From positions 1 to 64,000 of the forward strand of contig JBGAIQ010000027.1 in assembly GCA_044225365.1 (NCBI GenBank): a DNA stretch of 64,000 bases, in the 5' to 3' direction. This DNA comes from Planctomycetota bacterium (GTDB lineage Bacteria; Planctomycetota; B15-G4; JADJEK01). Below, in pieces: positions 1 to 9,951 of this stretch; positions within the stretch are counted from its first letter, which is position 1; each line of letters opens with the position of its first letter. The notes beneath the pieces are model-generated. The model was not told the DNA's origin and ran no database searches. It saw only the letters and a list, made by a program, of their open reading frames with translations. The position numbers and the translations under genes are program-made.

Positions 1-258
1 GCGCTCGACACCTTCCCGGTACTGCGCGCGATGGTGGAGAAGGGCAATCCGAACTCGATCACCGACGCCGCGGTCGGCGCGCTCTGCGCGAAGGCGGCGG
101 TGCTCGGCGCCTGGCTCAACGTCCGCGTGAATGCGAAGGGCCTCGACGACGCCTTCGCCCGCGAGAACGTCCTGCAAGACGGCGCGGCCATCGTCGAAGC
201 CGCGCTGAAGGCCGAGCGGGAGATCCTCGAGATCGTCGAACGCGCACTGACCAAGTAG
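1..258 (+). CDS. Formiminotransferase-cyclodeaminase family protein, C-terminal part (5'-truncated by window)
   Basis: GNPNSITDAAVGALCAKAAVLGAWLNVRVN matches the cyclodeaminase domain; frame is open from base 1. Confidence 0.8.
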   Translation, partial: ALDTFPVLRAMVEKGNPNSITDAAVGALCAKAAVLGAWLNVRVNAKGLDDAFARENVLQDGAAIVEAALKAEREILEIVERALTK

Positions 259-540
259 GCGCGCGAACGAGGGGAGTGCGGCGTCGAGACGCCCGCGCTG
301 GATTTCGGCTCGATCGGCAGTCCTTCGAGTTCGAGCGCTTGATCGACTTTTTGTAGGAAAGTGCAGTGCGTATCTCCACGGCTACCAAGCCGCCGGAGAA
401 CTCGGCATCTCGCGAGTGAGCAATGGAAATTAGGACGTCAACGATTCGCGGGTCGCATTATTACAGACGACGGAGTTCTTTGACAATGACGGCCGGAGCC
501 GGTGGACGGCCGATCCCGTGGTCGAGCCAGGGGATTCGAA

Positions 541-575
541 CGTGCCGACGACTCGCGCGATGAATCGTCGGCACG
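541..575. terminator. Stem-loop between convergent genes, possible terminator
   Basis: CGTGCCGACGA...TCGTCGGCACG 11-bp inverted repeat; second hairpin at 595-625. Confidence 0.35.
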
Positions 576-623
576 ACCCGGTTTTCGGCTTCGAGATACC
601 GAGAGTGATTCGATTCTCGGGTA

Positions 624-1142
624 TCAGCCTCCCTTCTTGCCTCCCGCAGAGTCGTCATCGTCGCCTTCGTCCTCGTCCTCGCTCTCTTCCGACAGGATCT
701 TGCCGGTGGCGTCGAACGCTACTTCCGTCGTCTTGTCACCGACCTTGACTTCGATCTCGTAGACGACGGACGACGAATCCGTATGGAAGACGAGTTCCGC
801 CTCTTCGACCTTGCCACCCGCGTATTTCGATCCTGCGATGGCTTTCGAGACCGCTGCGGGAAGGGCCGATGGGTCGATCGCCTGCTCCTGCTCGACGAGG
901 CTTCCATCGGATGCGAATTTCGCCTCGATCTTCACCGCGAGGACGGATTCGTAATACTCCTTACCATTCTCCTTCTCCATCTTGCTCTTCACGACTTCGC
1001 CGTGGGGGTAGTGTGCTTCGACCCCAGCCTTGACCGCGGGGGGAAGTTCGGTCTTCGGCGCGGGCTTCTTGTCCTGTGCGAGGGCGGCGATCATGGGAAT
1101 CGAGATCGATGCGAGGACGAGGGTCGAGATCGAGCGTTTCAT
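624..1142 (-). CDS. Secreted PepSY-like/BLIP-like repeat protein with acidic tail
   Basis: Signal peptide; two LPxAV..YE..V..E..FD..G repeats; GGAG RBS. Confidence 0.75.
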   Translation of the reverse strand: MKRSISTLVLASISIPMIAALAQDKKPAPKTELPPAVKAGVEAHYPHGEVVKSKMEKENGKEYYESVLAVKIEAKFASDGSLVEQEQAIDPSALPAAVSKAIAGSKYAGGKVEEAELVFHTDSSSVVYEIEVKVGDKTTEVAFDATGKILSEESEDEDEGDDDDSAGGKKGG

Positions 1143-1366
1143 GAATCAGCACTCCGTCGTGGAGGGAAGGACGTAATGAACTCGCTCATCCTCGTCGAGT
1201 GCAATTAGATATCGATGAGACTCGAACTATTTGCTCGATGATCTATGCGTGAGCGTCTTGCGAACTCGAATGCGGCCGTTCGCGAGGAATGCGCGATCGG
1301 TAATCGCCGCGACGTGAGCGCATCGTGAGGCTTGCGGATTCGCTTCCATTTGCGTACACCGTCGCC

Positions 1367-2437
1367 ATGGCATCGATCGTGATCGACAAGCCGCTGAAGC
1401 TCACGCTCGGTGGCGAACTTCCAAGGGTCGAGATCCGCTACGAGGAGTGGGGCGACCCCGCCGCACCGCCCGAGAAAACCGTGCTCGTGATGCCGGCGCT
1501 CTCGGCGAGCTGCCACGCGCGCAGCACCTGCGACGACCCCACACCGGGCTGGTGGGAAGGCATGGTCGGTCCGGGCCTCGGGATCGATACCGACGAGTAT
1601 CGGGTGATCTGTGCTTCGATCCTCGGCTCGCCGTACGGCACCACCTCGCCCGTTTCGATCGATCCGCGAACCGGTCGTCTCTACGGCAAGAAGTTTCCGC
1701 CGATCACGCCCGCCGATCAAGCTCGTGTCCACGCACTGTTGCTCGACCACCTGAAGGTGAAGAGCGTCCGCGCGGTGATCGGAGCGAGCCTTGGCGGGAT
1801 GCAGACTCTGCAGTTCGCCGCGATCTTCCCCGACCGCGTCGATCGCGCGATCTCGATCTCGGCGACGGGCAAGACGACGCCGGGAACGGTGGCGCTGCGT
1901 CGCGTAGGACGTTGCGCGATCCTGCTCGATCCCGACTACAAGGAAGGCGACTACGAGCCCGGCAAGGGCCCGATGCGCGGCCTCGCGATCGCGCGGGAAC
2001 TCGGCACGATCACGTATCGCTCGCGCGACGAATTCAACCAGCGCTTCCGCTGGGACCCGACTCCGCCCTATGGTCTCACCGACCTGTGCTTCGAGGTGGA
2101 GCAGTATCTCGCGGCGCAGTCGTCGCGTTTCGTGAATCGCTTCGACGCGAATTGCTACCTCACGCTCTCGCGCGCGATGGATCTCATGGATCTCGGCGCG
2201 GGTTCACCGACCTACGCCGAGGGCGTGTTGCGCATCAAGAGCCGCTTGCTCATCATCGGCGTCGATCGCGACCTGCTGATCCCGCTGTCCGAGCAGCAGC
2301 ACCTCGCCCACCTGCTCGAGAACCACGGCCGCAACGTGAAGATCGAGATCCTCTCGTCGATCTACGGGCACGATGCGTTCTTGAAGGACTACGACTGGTT
2401 CAAGCCGCGCATCCGCGACTTCATCGCGGCGCCATGA
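1367..2437 (+). CDS. metX: MetX-family homoserine/serine O-acyltransferase (alpha/beta hydrolase)
   Basis: PGWWEGMVGPG, GASLGGMQ nucleophile elbow, GHDAFL catalytic His; ATG 1367 chosen as start. Confidence 0.85.
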   Translation: MASIVIDKPLKLTLGGELPRVEIRYEEWGDPAAPPEKTVLVMPALSASCHARSTCDDPTPGWWEGMVGPGLGIDTDEYRVICASILGSPYGTTSPVSIDPRTGRLYGKKFPPITPADQARVHALLLDHLKVKSVRAVIGASLGGMQTLQFAAIFPDRVDRAISISATGKTTPGTVALRRVGRCAILLDPDYKEGDYEPGKGPMRGLAIARELGTITYRSRDEFNQRFRWDPTPPYGLTDLCFEVEQYLAAQSSRFVNRFDANCYLTLSRAMDLMDLGAGSPTYAEGVLRIKSRLLIIGVDRDLLIPLSEQQHLAHLLENHGRNVKIEILSSIYGHDAFLKDYDWFKPRIRDFIAAP

Positions 2438-3471
2438 CTCGTCGTAAGGTCTACGTCGTCCACGCGGGCGGAACGATCGGCATGCGCCGCACGGGGAAGG
2501 GCTATGCGGTCGAGCCTGGATATCTCGAGCGCTGGATCGATGCGATGCCGGATCTGCGCAGCGACGAGCTTCCGAGCTGGACGCTCTACGAGATGTCGCC
2601 GCTCCTCGATTCGTCGTGCATGAGCCCGGTGCATTGGGAGAAGATCGCGCGCGACATCGAGGCGCACTACGACGAATACGATGGCTTCGTCGTGCTCCAC
2701 GGCACCGACACCATGGCGTACACCGCGTCGGCGCTGTCCTTCATGCTGCAGGGGCTCGAGAAGCCGATCGTCGTCACCGGGTCGCAGATTCCGCTCTGCG
2801 AAGTTCGCAACGACGCGCGGCGCAATCTCATCACCGCGCTGCTCATCGCGGGATTCGAGGACGTGCCCGAGGTGTGTCTCTACTTCAACGGGCGTCTCCT
2901 GCGCGGCAACCGGGCCGTGAAGGTCAGCGCGGATCGCTTCGAAGCGTTCGACTCTCCGAACTACCCCGCGCTCGGCGAAGCAGGCGTGCGCATCGAGATT
3001 CGGCGCGATCTGCTCCTTCCCAAGGGTCGCGGTCCGCTTCGATTCCACTCGATGATGGGCTCGGGGCGAGTCAAGGTCGGCGCGCTGCGCCTCTTCCCCG
3101 GCATCTCGGCGGAGTTCGTGCGCAACGCCTTGAAGCCGCCGATCGAGGGCCTCGTGCTCGAATGCTACGGTGCGGGCAATGGCCCGGTCACCGACGCGGA
3201 CTTCATCGCGGCACTCGCCGAGGCGAGCGCCCGGGGAGTGGTGATCGTCGACGTCACACAGTGCCTGCGCGGGCGGGTGGATCTCGTCGACTACGAAGCG
3301 GGCTTCGCGCTCGCGCGCGCCGGAGTGGTCTCCGGAGCGGATCTCACCGCGGAGGCGGCACTTGCAAAGCTCTATCATCTACTCGAGCAACGTTTGCCTC
3401 ACGAACGCGTGAAGGAAGCGATGCAGCAGGACCTTTGCGGCGAATCGAGCGTGCGGCCGCGGAAGATCTGA
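2434..3471 (+). CDS. ansA: Type I (cytoplasmic) L-asparaginase
   Basis: GGTIGM, HGTDTMAY, TGSQIP, RGNR, FDSPN motifs; ATGA overlap with metX stop. Confidence 0.92.
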   Translation: MTRRKVYVVHAGGTIGMRRTGKGYAVEPGYLERWIDAMPDLRSDELPSWTLYEMSPLLDSSCMSPVHWEKIARDIEAHYDEYDGFVVLHGTDTMAYTASALSFMLQGLEKPIVVTGSQIPLCEVRNDARRNLITALLIAGFEDVPEVCLYFNGRLLRGNRAVKVSADRFEAFDSPNYPALGEAGVRIEIRRDLLLPKGRGPLRFHSMMGSGRVKVGALRLFPGISAEFVRNALKPPIEGLVLECYGAGNGPVTDADFIAALAEASARGVVIVDVTQCLRGRVDLVDYEAGFALARAGVVSGADLTAEAALAKLYHLLEQRLPHERVKEAMQQDLCGESSVRPRKI

Positions 3472-3501
3472 ATCGGCATCGCCCCTTCACCGAAGAGTCC
3501 G

Positions 3502-4878
3502 ATGATCTGCCTCACCTTCGACCGCGGAACGCTCGTTCTCACGGGCTTCTCCAAAGAGCACCCGGGACCTGGGCCGCTGGGGATCGGCGGTATCGAGTTC
3601 GATCCGCGCATCAACGCGTATCGGTCGCCGGCGCGGGCGTATCGGGCGATCGTGCTCGAACTACGACGGCAAGGAATCCCCTACGAGGACAAGGCGCGCG
3701 GGTACACCGAGCTGGCCTTGCGCTCCACGCTGGAACGTGAACCGTTCCCGTATCAACGCGAGGCCGTCGATGCGTTGTTCAAGGCGGGGGGCACGGGCGT
3801 CGTCGTGCTGCCGACGGGAGCGGGCAAGACGTACGTCGCGCAGATGGCGATCGAGCGCGCCGCGCGCAGCGCGATCGTGGTGACGCCGACGATCGACCTC
3901 ATGCAGCAGTGGTACGGCGTGCTCTCGACGGCGTTCGATTTCGAAGTCGGACTCGTCGGCGGCGGATATCACGAAGTGAAGCCGATCACGGTGACGACCT
4001 ACGACTCCGCCTACCTCCACATGGAGCGCTTCGGTGATCGCTTCGGATTCGTCGTGTTCGACGAATGCCATCACCTCCCGAGTCCCAGCATTCAGCTCGC
4101 CGCGGAATGTTGTCTCGCTCCGTTCCGGCTCGGTCTCAGCGCGACTCCCGAGCGCGAGGACGGAATGGAGTCGCGGCTCGAACGACTGATCGGCCCGTTC
4201 GTGTATCGCCGCGAGATCAAGGAACTCGCGGGCAACTACCTCGCCGACTACGAGACGGTGCGGCTCACGGTGCGGCTCTCGTCCGAAGAGAAGAAACGCT
4301 ACGACGAGACGCGCGGGATCTATCGCGACTACGTCGCGAGCCAGGGCATCAGCATGGGGTCTCTCAGCGGATTCCAACAGTTCCTACGACTCTCCGCGAC
4401 CGATCCCGAGGGTCGGCGTGCATTCCTCGCGTATCGCGAGCAGAAGGGAATCGCCGAAGGATCGGAAGGCAAACTGCGACTCTTGCGGCGACTTCTCGCG
4501 AGGCATCATGGCGATCGGATGATCGTGTTCACCGCGGACAACCGCACGGTCCACGAGATCTCACGGCGCTTCCTCGTCCCCGTCATCACGCACCAGACGA
4601 AGGTGAAGGAGCGCAAGGAGATCCTCGAGCGGTTCAACGCGGGTTCGTATCCGTTCCTCGCAACCTCGAAGGTGTTGAACGAGGGCGTCGACGTTCCGGC
4701 GGCCGGCGTTGCGGTGATCCTCTCGGGTTCTGGGTCCGTGCGCGAGCACGTCCAGCGCCTCGGCCGCATCCTCCGCCGCGGCGAGAACAAGCGCGCGATG
4801 CTCTACGAGATCGTCGCCGAAGGCACGGCCGAGGAGTTCGTGAGCACGCGGCGGAGGCAGCACGATGCTTACCGCTGA
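3502..4878 (+). CDS. XPB/Rad25 (SSL2)-like SF2 helicase
   Basis: LPTGAGKT, DECHH, SATPERED (RED motif), QRLGRILR. Confidence 0.9.
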   Translation: MICLTFDRGTLVLTGFSKEHPGPGPLGIGGIEFDPRINAYRSPARAYRAIVLELRRQGIPYEDKARGYTELALRSTLEREPFPYQREAVDALFKAGGTGVVVLPTGAGKTYVAQMAIERAARSAIVVTPTIDLMQQWYGVLSTAFDFEVGLVGGGYHEVKPITVTTYDSAYLHMERFGDRFGFVVFDECHHLPSPSIQLAAECCLAPFRLGLSATPEREDGMESRLERLIGPFVYRREIKELAGNYLADYETVRLTVRLSSEEKKRYDETRGIYRDYVASQGISMGSLSGFQQFLRLSATDPEGRRAFLAYREQKGIAEGSEGKLRLLRRLLARHHGDRMIVFTADNRTVHEISRRFLVPVITHQTKVKERKEILERFNAGSYPFLATSKVLNEGVDVPAAGVAVILSGSGSVREHVQRLGRILRRGENKRAMLYEIVAEGTAEEFVSTRRRQHDAYR

Positions 4879-6088
4879 TCTCGTCGACGCGCGCATCGTG
4901 CGCGACAAGGTGAAGCCGATCTACGTCGATTGGAACGATCCGGACGTGCATGCCGCGGCCGAACTCGTCATCGACGCCTTTGCGCGCGGCGTCGGCAAAC
5001 CGCGCGGAGATCTCGAAGCAGAGCTGAAGCAACTCGGCGGCGTGCGCAAGGAGTACCTGTTTCGGCGCGGCCTCGCGAAGCTCATGTTCGATCGCTGCGA
5101 GTTCGCGACGCGCTGTCCGATGGAGCCGCAGGACCTGCGCCGCCTCGTATTCGAGCGCGCGGCGAAGGCGCACGTGGAGGCGGGTCCGCTCGGACTCGAT
5201 CCCCTGCCGTTGCTCGAGTCGATCGGCGCGGAGCTCGGCATGGAGGCCGTCGACCTCACACGGGCTCTGTATGCCGATCTGAAGGAGGAAGAGATCGTCG
5301 CAAGCGTCGATCTTCCGACGCCTCGAGCGCTGCTGCATCGCTACGACCTGGCGCTCGCGCAGGCCGTTCTCTTGAAGGCGACGCGGCTCGAGATCTCGAT
5401 CCCCAAGCAGAAGCTCACCGTGCTGCGTGCGTTGTTCCGAGCGATCAAGTTCCATCGATTGATGCACGAGGTGACGCGCGACGACGAGGGTGGATTCTCG
5501 ATCGTCCTCGATGGGCCGCTCTCGCTGTTCCAAGCCGCGGCGAAGTACGGCGTCTCGATGGCGTTGTTCCTGCCGAGCCTTCTCCATTGCGACGGGTTCG
5601 AACTCGAGGCGGAGGTGCAGTGGGGGCGTGCGCGGGCGATCAAGCGATTCCAACTCTCCTCGGCGGAAGGTCTCGTCACCGAACAGCGCCTCACGGGTCA
5701 GTATCAGCCCGAGGAACTCTCGTGGTTCCTCACTCAGTTCCGCAAGCTCGATTCGGAGTTCGACGTTTCGGACGATCCCGAAGTGATCGATGTCGACGGC
5801 GGAGCCGTGATCATCCCCGATTTCGTCTTCGTCCACCGACGAACGGGCCGCAGCATCGCGTTCGAGGTCTTCGGTCCCTGGCGTCGGGGTGCGCTCGAAT
5901 CACGACTGAAGCGGCTTTCTGGCCATCGCCAGCTCCATCTCCTGCTCGGCGTCGGACGCGACCTGCGAGTCGATGCGTCGGCTCACGATGGCGTACCGGA
6001 GAACGTCTACGTATTCCGCAGCGTTCCGATCGCGCGGGAAGTGCTTGCGCGTCTCAACGCGTTCGTCGAGCCGAACCGGCGCCCGTGA
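4865..6088 (+). CDS. DUF790/Bax1-family nuclease
   Basis: LYADL, RYDLALAQAVL, DGPLSLF..KYG, IPDF...EVFGPW (PD-(D/E)xK-like); overlaps the XPB gene. Confidence 0.85.
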   Translation: MLTADLVDARIVRDKVKPIYVDWNDPDVHAAAELVIDAFARGVGKPRGDLEAELKQLGGVRKEYLFRRGLAKLMFDRCEFATRCPMEPQDLRRLVFERAAKAHVEAGPLGLDPLPLLESIGAELGMEAVDLTRALYADLKEEEIVASVDLPTPRALLHRYDLALAQAVLLKATRLEISIPKQKLTVLRALFRAIKFHRLMHEVTRDDEGGFSIVLDGPLSLFQAAAKYGVSMALFLPSLLHCDGFELEAEVQWGRARAIKRFQLSSAEGLVTEQRLTGQYQPEELSWFLTQFRKLDSEFDVSDDPEVIDVDGGAVIIPDFVFVHRRTGRSIAFEVFGPWRRGALESRLKRLSGHRQLHLLLGVGRDLRVDASAHDGVPENVYVFRSVPIAREVLARLNAFVEPNRRP

Positions 6089-6155
6089 ACGCAAACGGGC
6101 CGGACCCCCGCGTCTTGGGAGCCCGACCCGATCTGCGTACAAATCGCCTACGCGA

Positions 6156-7115
6156 TCAGAGCTGCGGGATCACGCCCGACATCAGCACCTCGGACGTCGA
6201 CGGATCACAGATCTCGACGTGGAGGCCACCGAGCTGCTTCAGCGACATTCCGAAGGGCAGCGGGTCGCCCTTCTTGCTCTGGAGATGGAGGGCGCCGTTG
6301 CCGCTCTTCTTCAACTGGATCGTCGCGAAGGTCGTGATGTTGTGCGTCGCGGGATGTTCGACGCCGAACGTCACGACGGAGTGATTCTTGAGGCCCGCGA
6401 GCTTGAGCTGGAGATCTTCCTTGCCCTTCTTCGGGGCCACGGCGAGCTTGAGCTTGGCCTTGCCGCCCGCGGAGGGCAAGAGGCTCGCGGCCGCCTTGTC
6501 GCTCGAGAAGTCGCCGACTAGCGTCGGAACAGAGCCTTCAAGGTAGACGACGCTCGCTTCATCGCGCACCTGGAGCGCGGAGCCGGAGAGCAGCGCGACG
6601 TCCGCCACGCCGAGCGGCAACGCGTCGGCGCTGAACTTCATCTTCATCTCGACATCATCGTCCTCGACCTCGCCGGAGTCGTCGTCGCCGCCCGCGTCGT
6701 CGTCGCCGCCGGCATCGTCGTCACCGGAGTCGTCGTCGCTCTCGGAGTGCGCCGAGCCCGGACCGGATGCGAAGTCGCCGAGACTGACGTAGGTGGAAGA
6801 TCCCGGAGCGTCCGCGATGAACAGCGTGTAGGTGTGCCCGCTCAGGAGGTGCTCGATCTCGAACTCGATCTTCTGCTTCGAGAGGCTCTCCTTCTCGATC
6901 TTGACCTTGCCCTTCGCCTGCGGCGCGGGGGCGACCAAGGGTCGATGGAAAGCCGAAACGGCTTCCGAATGGACTTCGGTGCTGGCGTCGTCGTCACCGC
7001 CTCCATCATCGTCCGAGGCATCATCGTTCGAAGCGAAGGCGAGACCCGAGACCAGCATCGGTACGATCGCGAGCGATCCCAACGCGATGGCGCGCTTCTT
7101 GAAAGACACACTCAT
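6156..7115 (-). CDS. Secreted hypothetical protein with Asp/Gly-rich repeats and internal domain duplication
   Basis: Signal peptide; DDDAGG repeats; two LP(L/F)G...L.G..(L/V)...D....V.(L/M).G.(V/I)P.L segments. Confidence 0.7.
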   Translation of the reverse strand: MSVSFKKRAIALGSLAIVPMLVSGLAFASNDDASDDDGGGDDDASTEVHSEAVSAFHRPLVAPAPQAKGKVKIEKESLSKQKIEFEIEHLLSGHTYTLFIADAPGSSTYVSLGDFASGPGSAHSESDDDSGDDDAGGDDDAGGDDDSGEVEDDDVEMKMKFSADALPLGVADVALLSGSALQVRDEASVVYLEGSVPTLVGDFSSDKAAASLLPSAGGKAKLKLAVAPKKGKEDLQLKLAGLKNHSVVTFGVEHPATHNITTFATIQLKKSGNGALHLQSKKGDPLPFGMSLKQLGGLHVEICDPSTSEVLMSGVIPQL

Positions 7116-7186
7116 GGGAAACTCCAGAGGCCGAAGGGCGATTCTCGTTCGGGCAGGAGATCGATCGACCTCCGTGAGGCGGAACT

Positions 7187-7621
7187 TTACCGCGAAACAT
7201 CCGATGTGCCGAGGCGCCGTTGTAACATTACCGCGAGTTCATCTTGGGGTTGTGGCGACAGTGGAACCTCACCGGTACGTAACGGCTCGCCCCAAATGGG
7301 CTGCGGGAACCGAGCATCGGTGCGCCAGCGCGGGATGACGTGCCAGTGAACATGCGGCGTGACGTTTCCCAAGCTCGCGAGGTTCACCTTGTCGGGTCGG
7401 ACGAATTCGAGCAGCGCCGCCTCGACGGCGAAGACGAGATCCATGACGTGGTCGCGTTCCTGCGTCGTAAGCTCCGTCATTTCCTTCACATGCCGTCGAA
7501 CCACGACTCGACAGAAGCCCGGGAACCGAGGTTCGTCGACGAGGACGACGAAGCAGAGCGGATCTTCGTAGACGAGCCGCCCCACGACGCCGGAGCAGAG
7601 TTCGCAGTGATCTGCGGTCAA
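7187..7621 (-). CDS. HIT family protein
   Basis: N-terminal CELC; NLASLGNVTPHVHWHVIPR histidine triad. Confidence 0.88.
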   Translation of the reverse strand: MTADHCELCSGVVGRLVYEDPLCFVVLVDEPRFPGFCRVVVRRHVKEMTELTTQERDHVMDLVFAVEAALLEFVRPDKVNLASLGNVTPHVHWHVIPRWRTDARFPQPIWGEPLRTGEVPLSPQPQDELAVMLQRRLGTSDVSR

Positions 7622-7631
7622 AGGCTTTGCG

Positions 7632-8642
7632 TCACTTCGAAGCAGGCTTCGCGGGGGTCACGCGCTGCAGCTTCGTGATCCTTCCGTGGGAGACCCAGTC
7701 CATCACGTAGAGGTTGCCGTCCCGATCGAAGTTGCATCCGTGCGGAGCGACGAACTCGCCGACCTTCCACTCCTCGGGCGGCACGCCATTGTTCGCGCGC
7801 TTGTTCTCGTCGGGTTGATCCCCGAGATGCGTGATGACCTTGTAGTCCTTGTCGACGATCGTCACGCGTCCCGCGAGATCCGCGATTGCGAGGTCGTCTC
7901 CGTACTGCGCGAAGCTGCAGGGCCGGCGTACGTCGGCCTTCACGACGCGCACGTGATTGCCCGTGAGGTCCCAGAGCTGCAGGCGGCCGTTCTCGCGATC
8001 CGCGACGAGGAGCAACGGCGTGCCGGAGCGCTTGTCGATCCACATGCCGTGACAGGTGCGCATCTGATCATCGGCGGATCCTGCGCCGCCGAAGCTGCGG
8101 ATGTACTTGCGATCCTTGTCGTACTGGTGGATCCACGACAGGCCGTAACCGTCGGCGATGAAGATGTCGCCGTTGTCCGCGACGGCGATCGAAGTCGGTT
8201 TGTATTCGCCGCGATCCTTGTACTTTCCGCTCTCCTGCGGGAAGCCGATCGTCCAGATCACTTCTCCGTCGAGCGTCATCTTCACGGCTTCGCCGCGCGC
8301 GATGTGCGTGAAGTAGATGAACTCGGAGTCGCCTTCGCGACGGATCAGCAGGCAATGCACGCCGCCGGCATACTCCTTCGCGATCGATTTCAGATACGTG
8401 CCGTCCTTGTCGAGCACGATGATCGCGCGCTCGGTATCGGTCGTGAAGTACATGCGGCCGCGCGAATCGAACGCGATTCCTCCGTGCGTGTTGCCGATCG
8501 GCGCGCCGCCCGGGTTCTCGCAGTAGCCCGTGACCCAATCGTATTGTTCGGCGCCGGCGCCCATATGTACGGCTGCGACCGGTTTCGAATCGTCGACGCA
8601 GATCGCGAACGAGAGAACGAGGGCGAGGCTGACTCCGAGCAT
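7632..8642 (-). CDS. Secreted NHL-repeat beta-propeller protein (PAL-like)
   Basis: IADGYG, VADRENGRLQ, APHG..FDRDGNLYVMDW; signal peptide from ATG 8642. Confidence 0.8.
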   Translation of the reverse strand: MLGVSLALVLSFAICVDDSKPVAAVHMGAGAEQYDWVTGYCENPGGAPIGNTHGGIAFDSRGRMYFTTDTERAIIVLDKDGTYLKSIAKEYAGGVHCLLIRREGDSEFIYFTHIARGEAVKMTLDGEVIWTIGFPQESGKYKDRGEYKPTSIAVADNGDIFIADGYGLSWIHQYDKDRKYIRSFGGAGSADDQMRTCHGMWIDKRSGTPLLLVADRENGRLQLWDLTGNHVRVVKADVRRPCSFAQYGDDLAIADLAGRVTIVDKDYKVITHLGDQPDENKRANNGVPPEEWKVGEFVAPHGCNFDRDGNLYVMDWVSHGRITKLQRVTPAKPASK

Positions 8643-8743
8643 GGACCGCTCCGCTGGGCCGAAAGGTATGGATCGATGAACCGCAGAGGATAGCGGATCT
8701 TCCCGCGTTACGATGAGCGAACGCTCCACGGAGACGTCGTCCC

Positions 8744-9880
8744 ATGGTTCACGTCCTCATCGTGCTCGCGTCCCTCCTCATTCCTTTCGCGCCTTCGCAG
8801 GGGAAGAACCCGAGCGATGTCTGCTCGAGCTGCCACGACAAGGGCGTGCTGCCCTGTCCCGAGCACTCGGCCGGCGAGATCGACCTCGAGAAGAACGCCG
8901 AGGCGTGCAGCGTCGTCTGCGCCTGCCCAAAGTGCTACGGCACCCTCGAGGTCGATTGCGAGAAGTGCTCGATCGGCGACAAGGCGTGGGCGGCGAAGGT
9001 CGATGCGAAGAAGAAGTGGCTCGCTGCGCAGAAGCCGCACTTCGATCTCTTCCATCGCAACGTGCGAGTCGCCTGGAGCAAACACTTCGAGGTGACGTGG
9101 GAGCACGGCAAGCTCGTCGTCGGGCAGAAGACGACGCAGGAGCACGCCGCGCTCCACCTCTATCTCGATCGCTGTGAAGCGCTGATGGCGGACTTCCAGA
9201 AGACCTTTGGTTGCACGGACGCAGACTTTCACACGCGCTTTCGCATCATGACGTGGGAGCGCTTCAAGGATCATCAGATCGCGGGCGCCAACTACTGCTC
9301 GCAGCCGAACCCCGATACCAGCGTGAAGCGGATGGGCTACGTCGGCATCTACAGCGTTCACATCGATCCCTCGAAGGTCGACCCCGACGAGTCCGTCGCG
9401 AGCGAGCTCGCGCGTGCCGTCACGCACAACGTCGCGCACCTGCTCCTTGCGAACGTGTGGAATTCGAAATGGCCGGGTGAGATGCAGGCGGGCTGGATCG
9501 ACGAAGGCGTGTCGCACTACTTCGAGGACAAGTACGACCGGCGCTGCACGAACTTCTGCTACCGCGAGCAGGACACGACGCAGAGCTACAAGGGCGGGCG
9601 GTGGCGCGAGCCCGTGAAGAAGCTCGCGGCGTCGAAGGACCGTCCGCCATTCGCCGACACCGCGACGAAGCGCACGGATCAACTCACGCTCGAGGAGCAC
9701 GCGCTTTCCTGGTCGTACTGTGAGTTCCTGATCGGGAAGAACGGGCCGGGATTCGGCAAGGTCTGCCGCGCCGTGAAGGAGGGAAAGGGCTACCGCGACG
9801 CACTGAAATCCGAATTCGGCTACAACGCGCTGGCGTTCGAGGACGATTGGAAGAAGCACGTGAAGTCCTATGGAAAGTGA
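8744..9880 (+). CDS. Secreted Cys-rich protein with degenerate gluzincin (peptidase MA-like) domain
   Basis: Signal peptide; CxxCH and CxxC pairs; HNVAH...WIDEGVSHYFE. Confidence 0.65.
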   Translation: MVHVLIVLASLLIPFAPSQGKNPSDVCSSCHDKGVLPCPEHSAGEIDLEKNAEACSVVCACPKCYGTLEVDCEKCSIGDKAWAAKVDAKKKWLAAQKPHFDLFHRNVRVAWSKHFEVTWEHGKLVVGQKTTQEHAALHLYLDRCEALMADFQKTFGCTDADFHTRFRIMTWERFKDHQIAGANYCSQPNPDTSVKRMGYVGIYSVHIDPSKVDPDESVASELARAVTHNVAHLLLANVWNSKWPGEMQAGWIDEGVSHYFEDKYDRRCTNFCYREQDTTQSYKGGRWREPVKKLAASKDRPPFADTATKRTDQLTLEEHALSWSYCEFLIGKNGPGFGKVCRAVKEGKGYRDALKSEFGYNALAFEDDWKKHVKSYGK

Positions 9881-9951
9881 GGGTTCGCCCTCGCAGGATG
9901 TTCACGATTCCCCAGATTTTCGAATCACGGATCGTCGGAGCCGTTCCTCGC

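Noticed and set aside
1143-1200. SAM-I riboswitch upstream of metX (GTGGAGGGA...ATGAA)
   Set aside because: Lacks the ATC-AGAG P1 and the GGCCC pairing partner; the segment is the RBS region of the divergent gene
1447-3471. 674-aa ORF suggesting an N-terminally extended asparaginase
   Set aside because: First ~330 codons are an off-frame shadow of metX; the real start is ATG 2434 overlapping the metX stop
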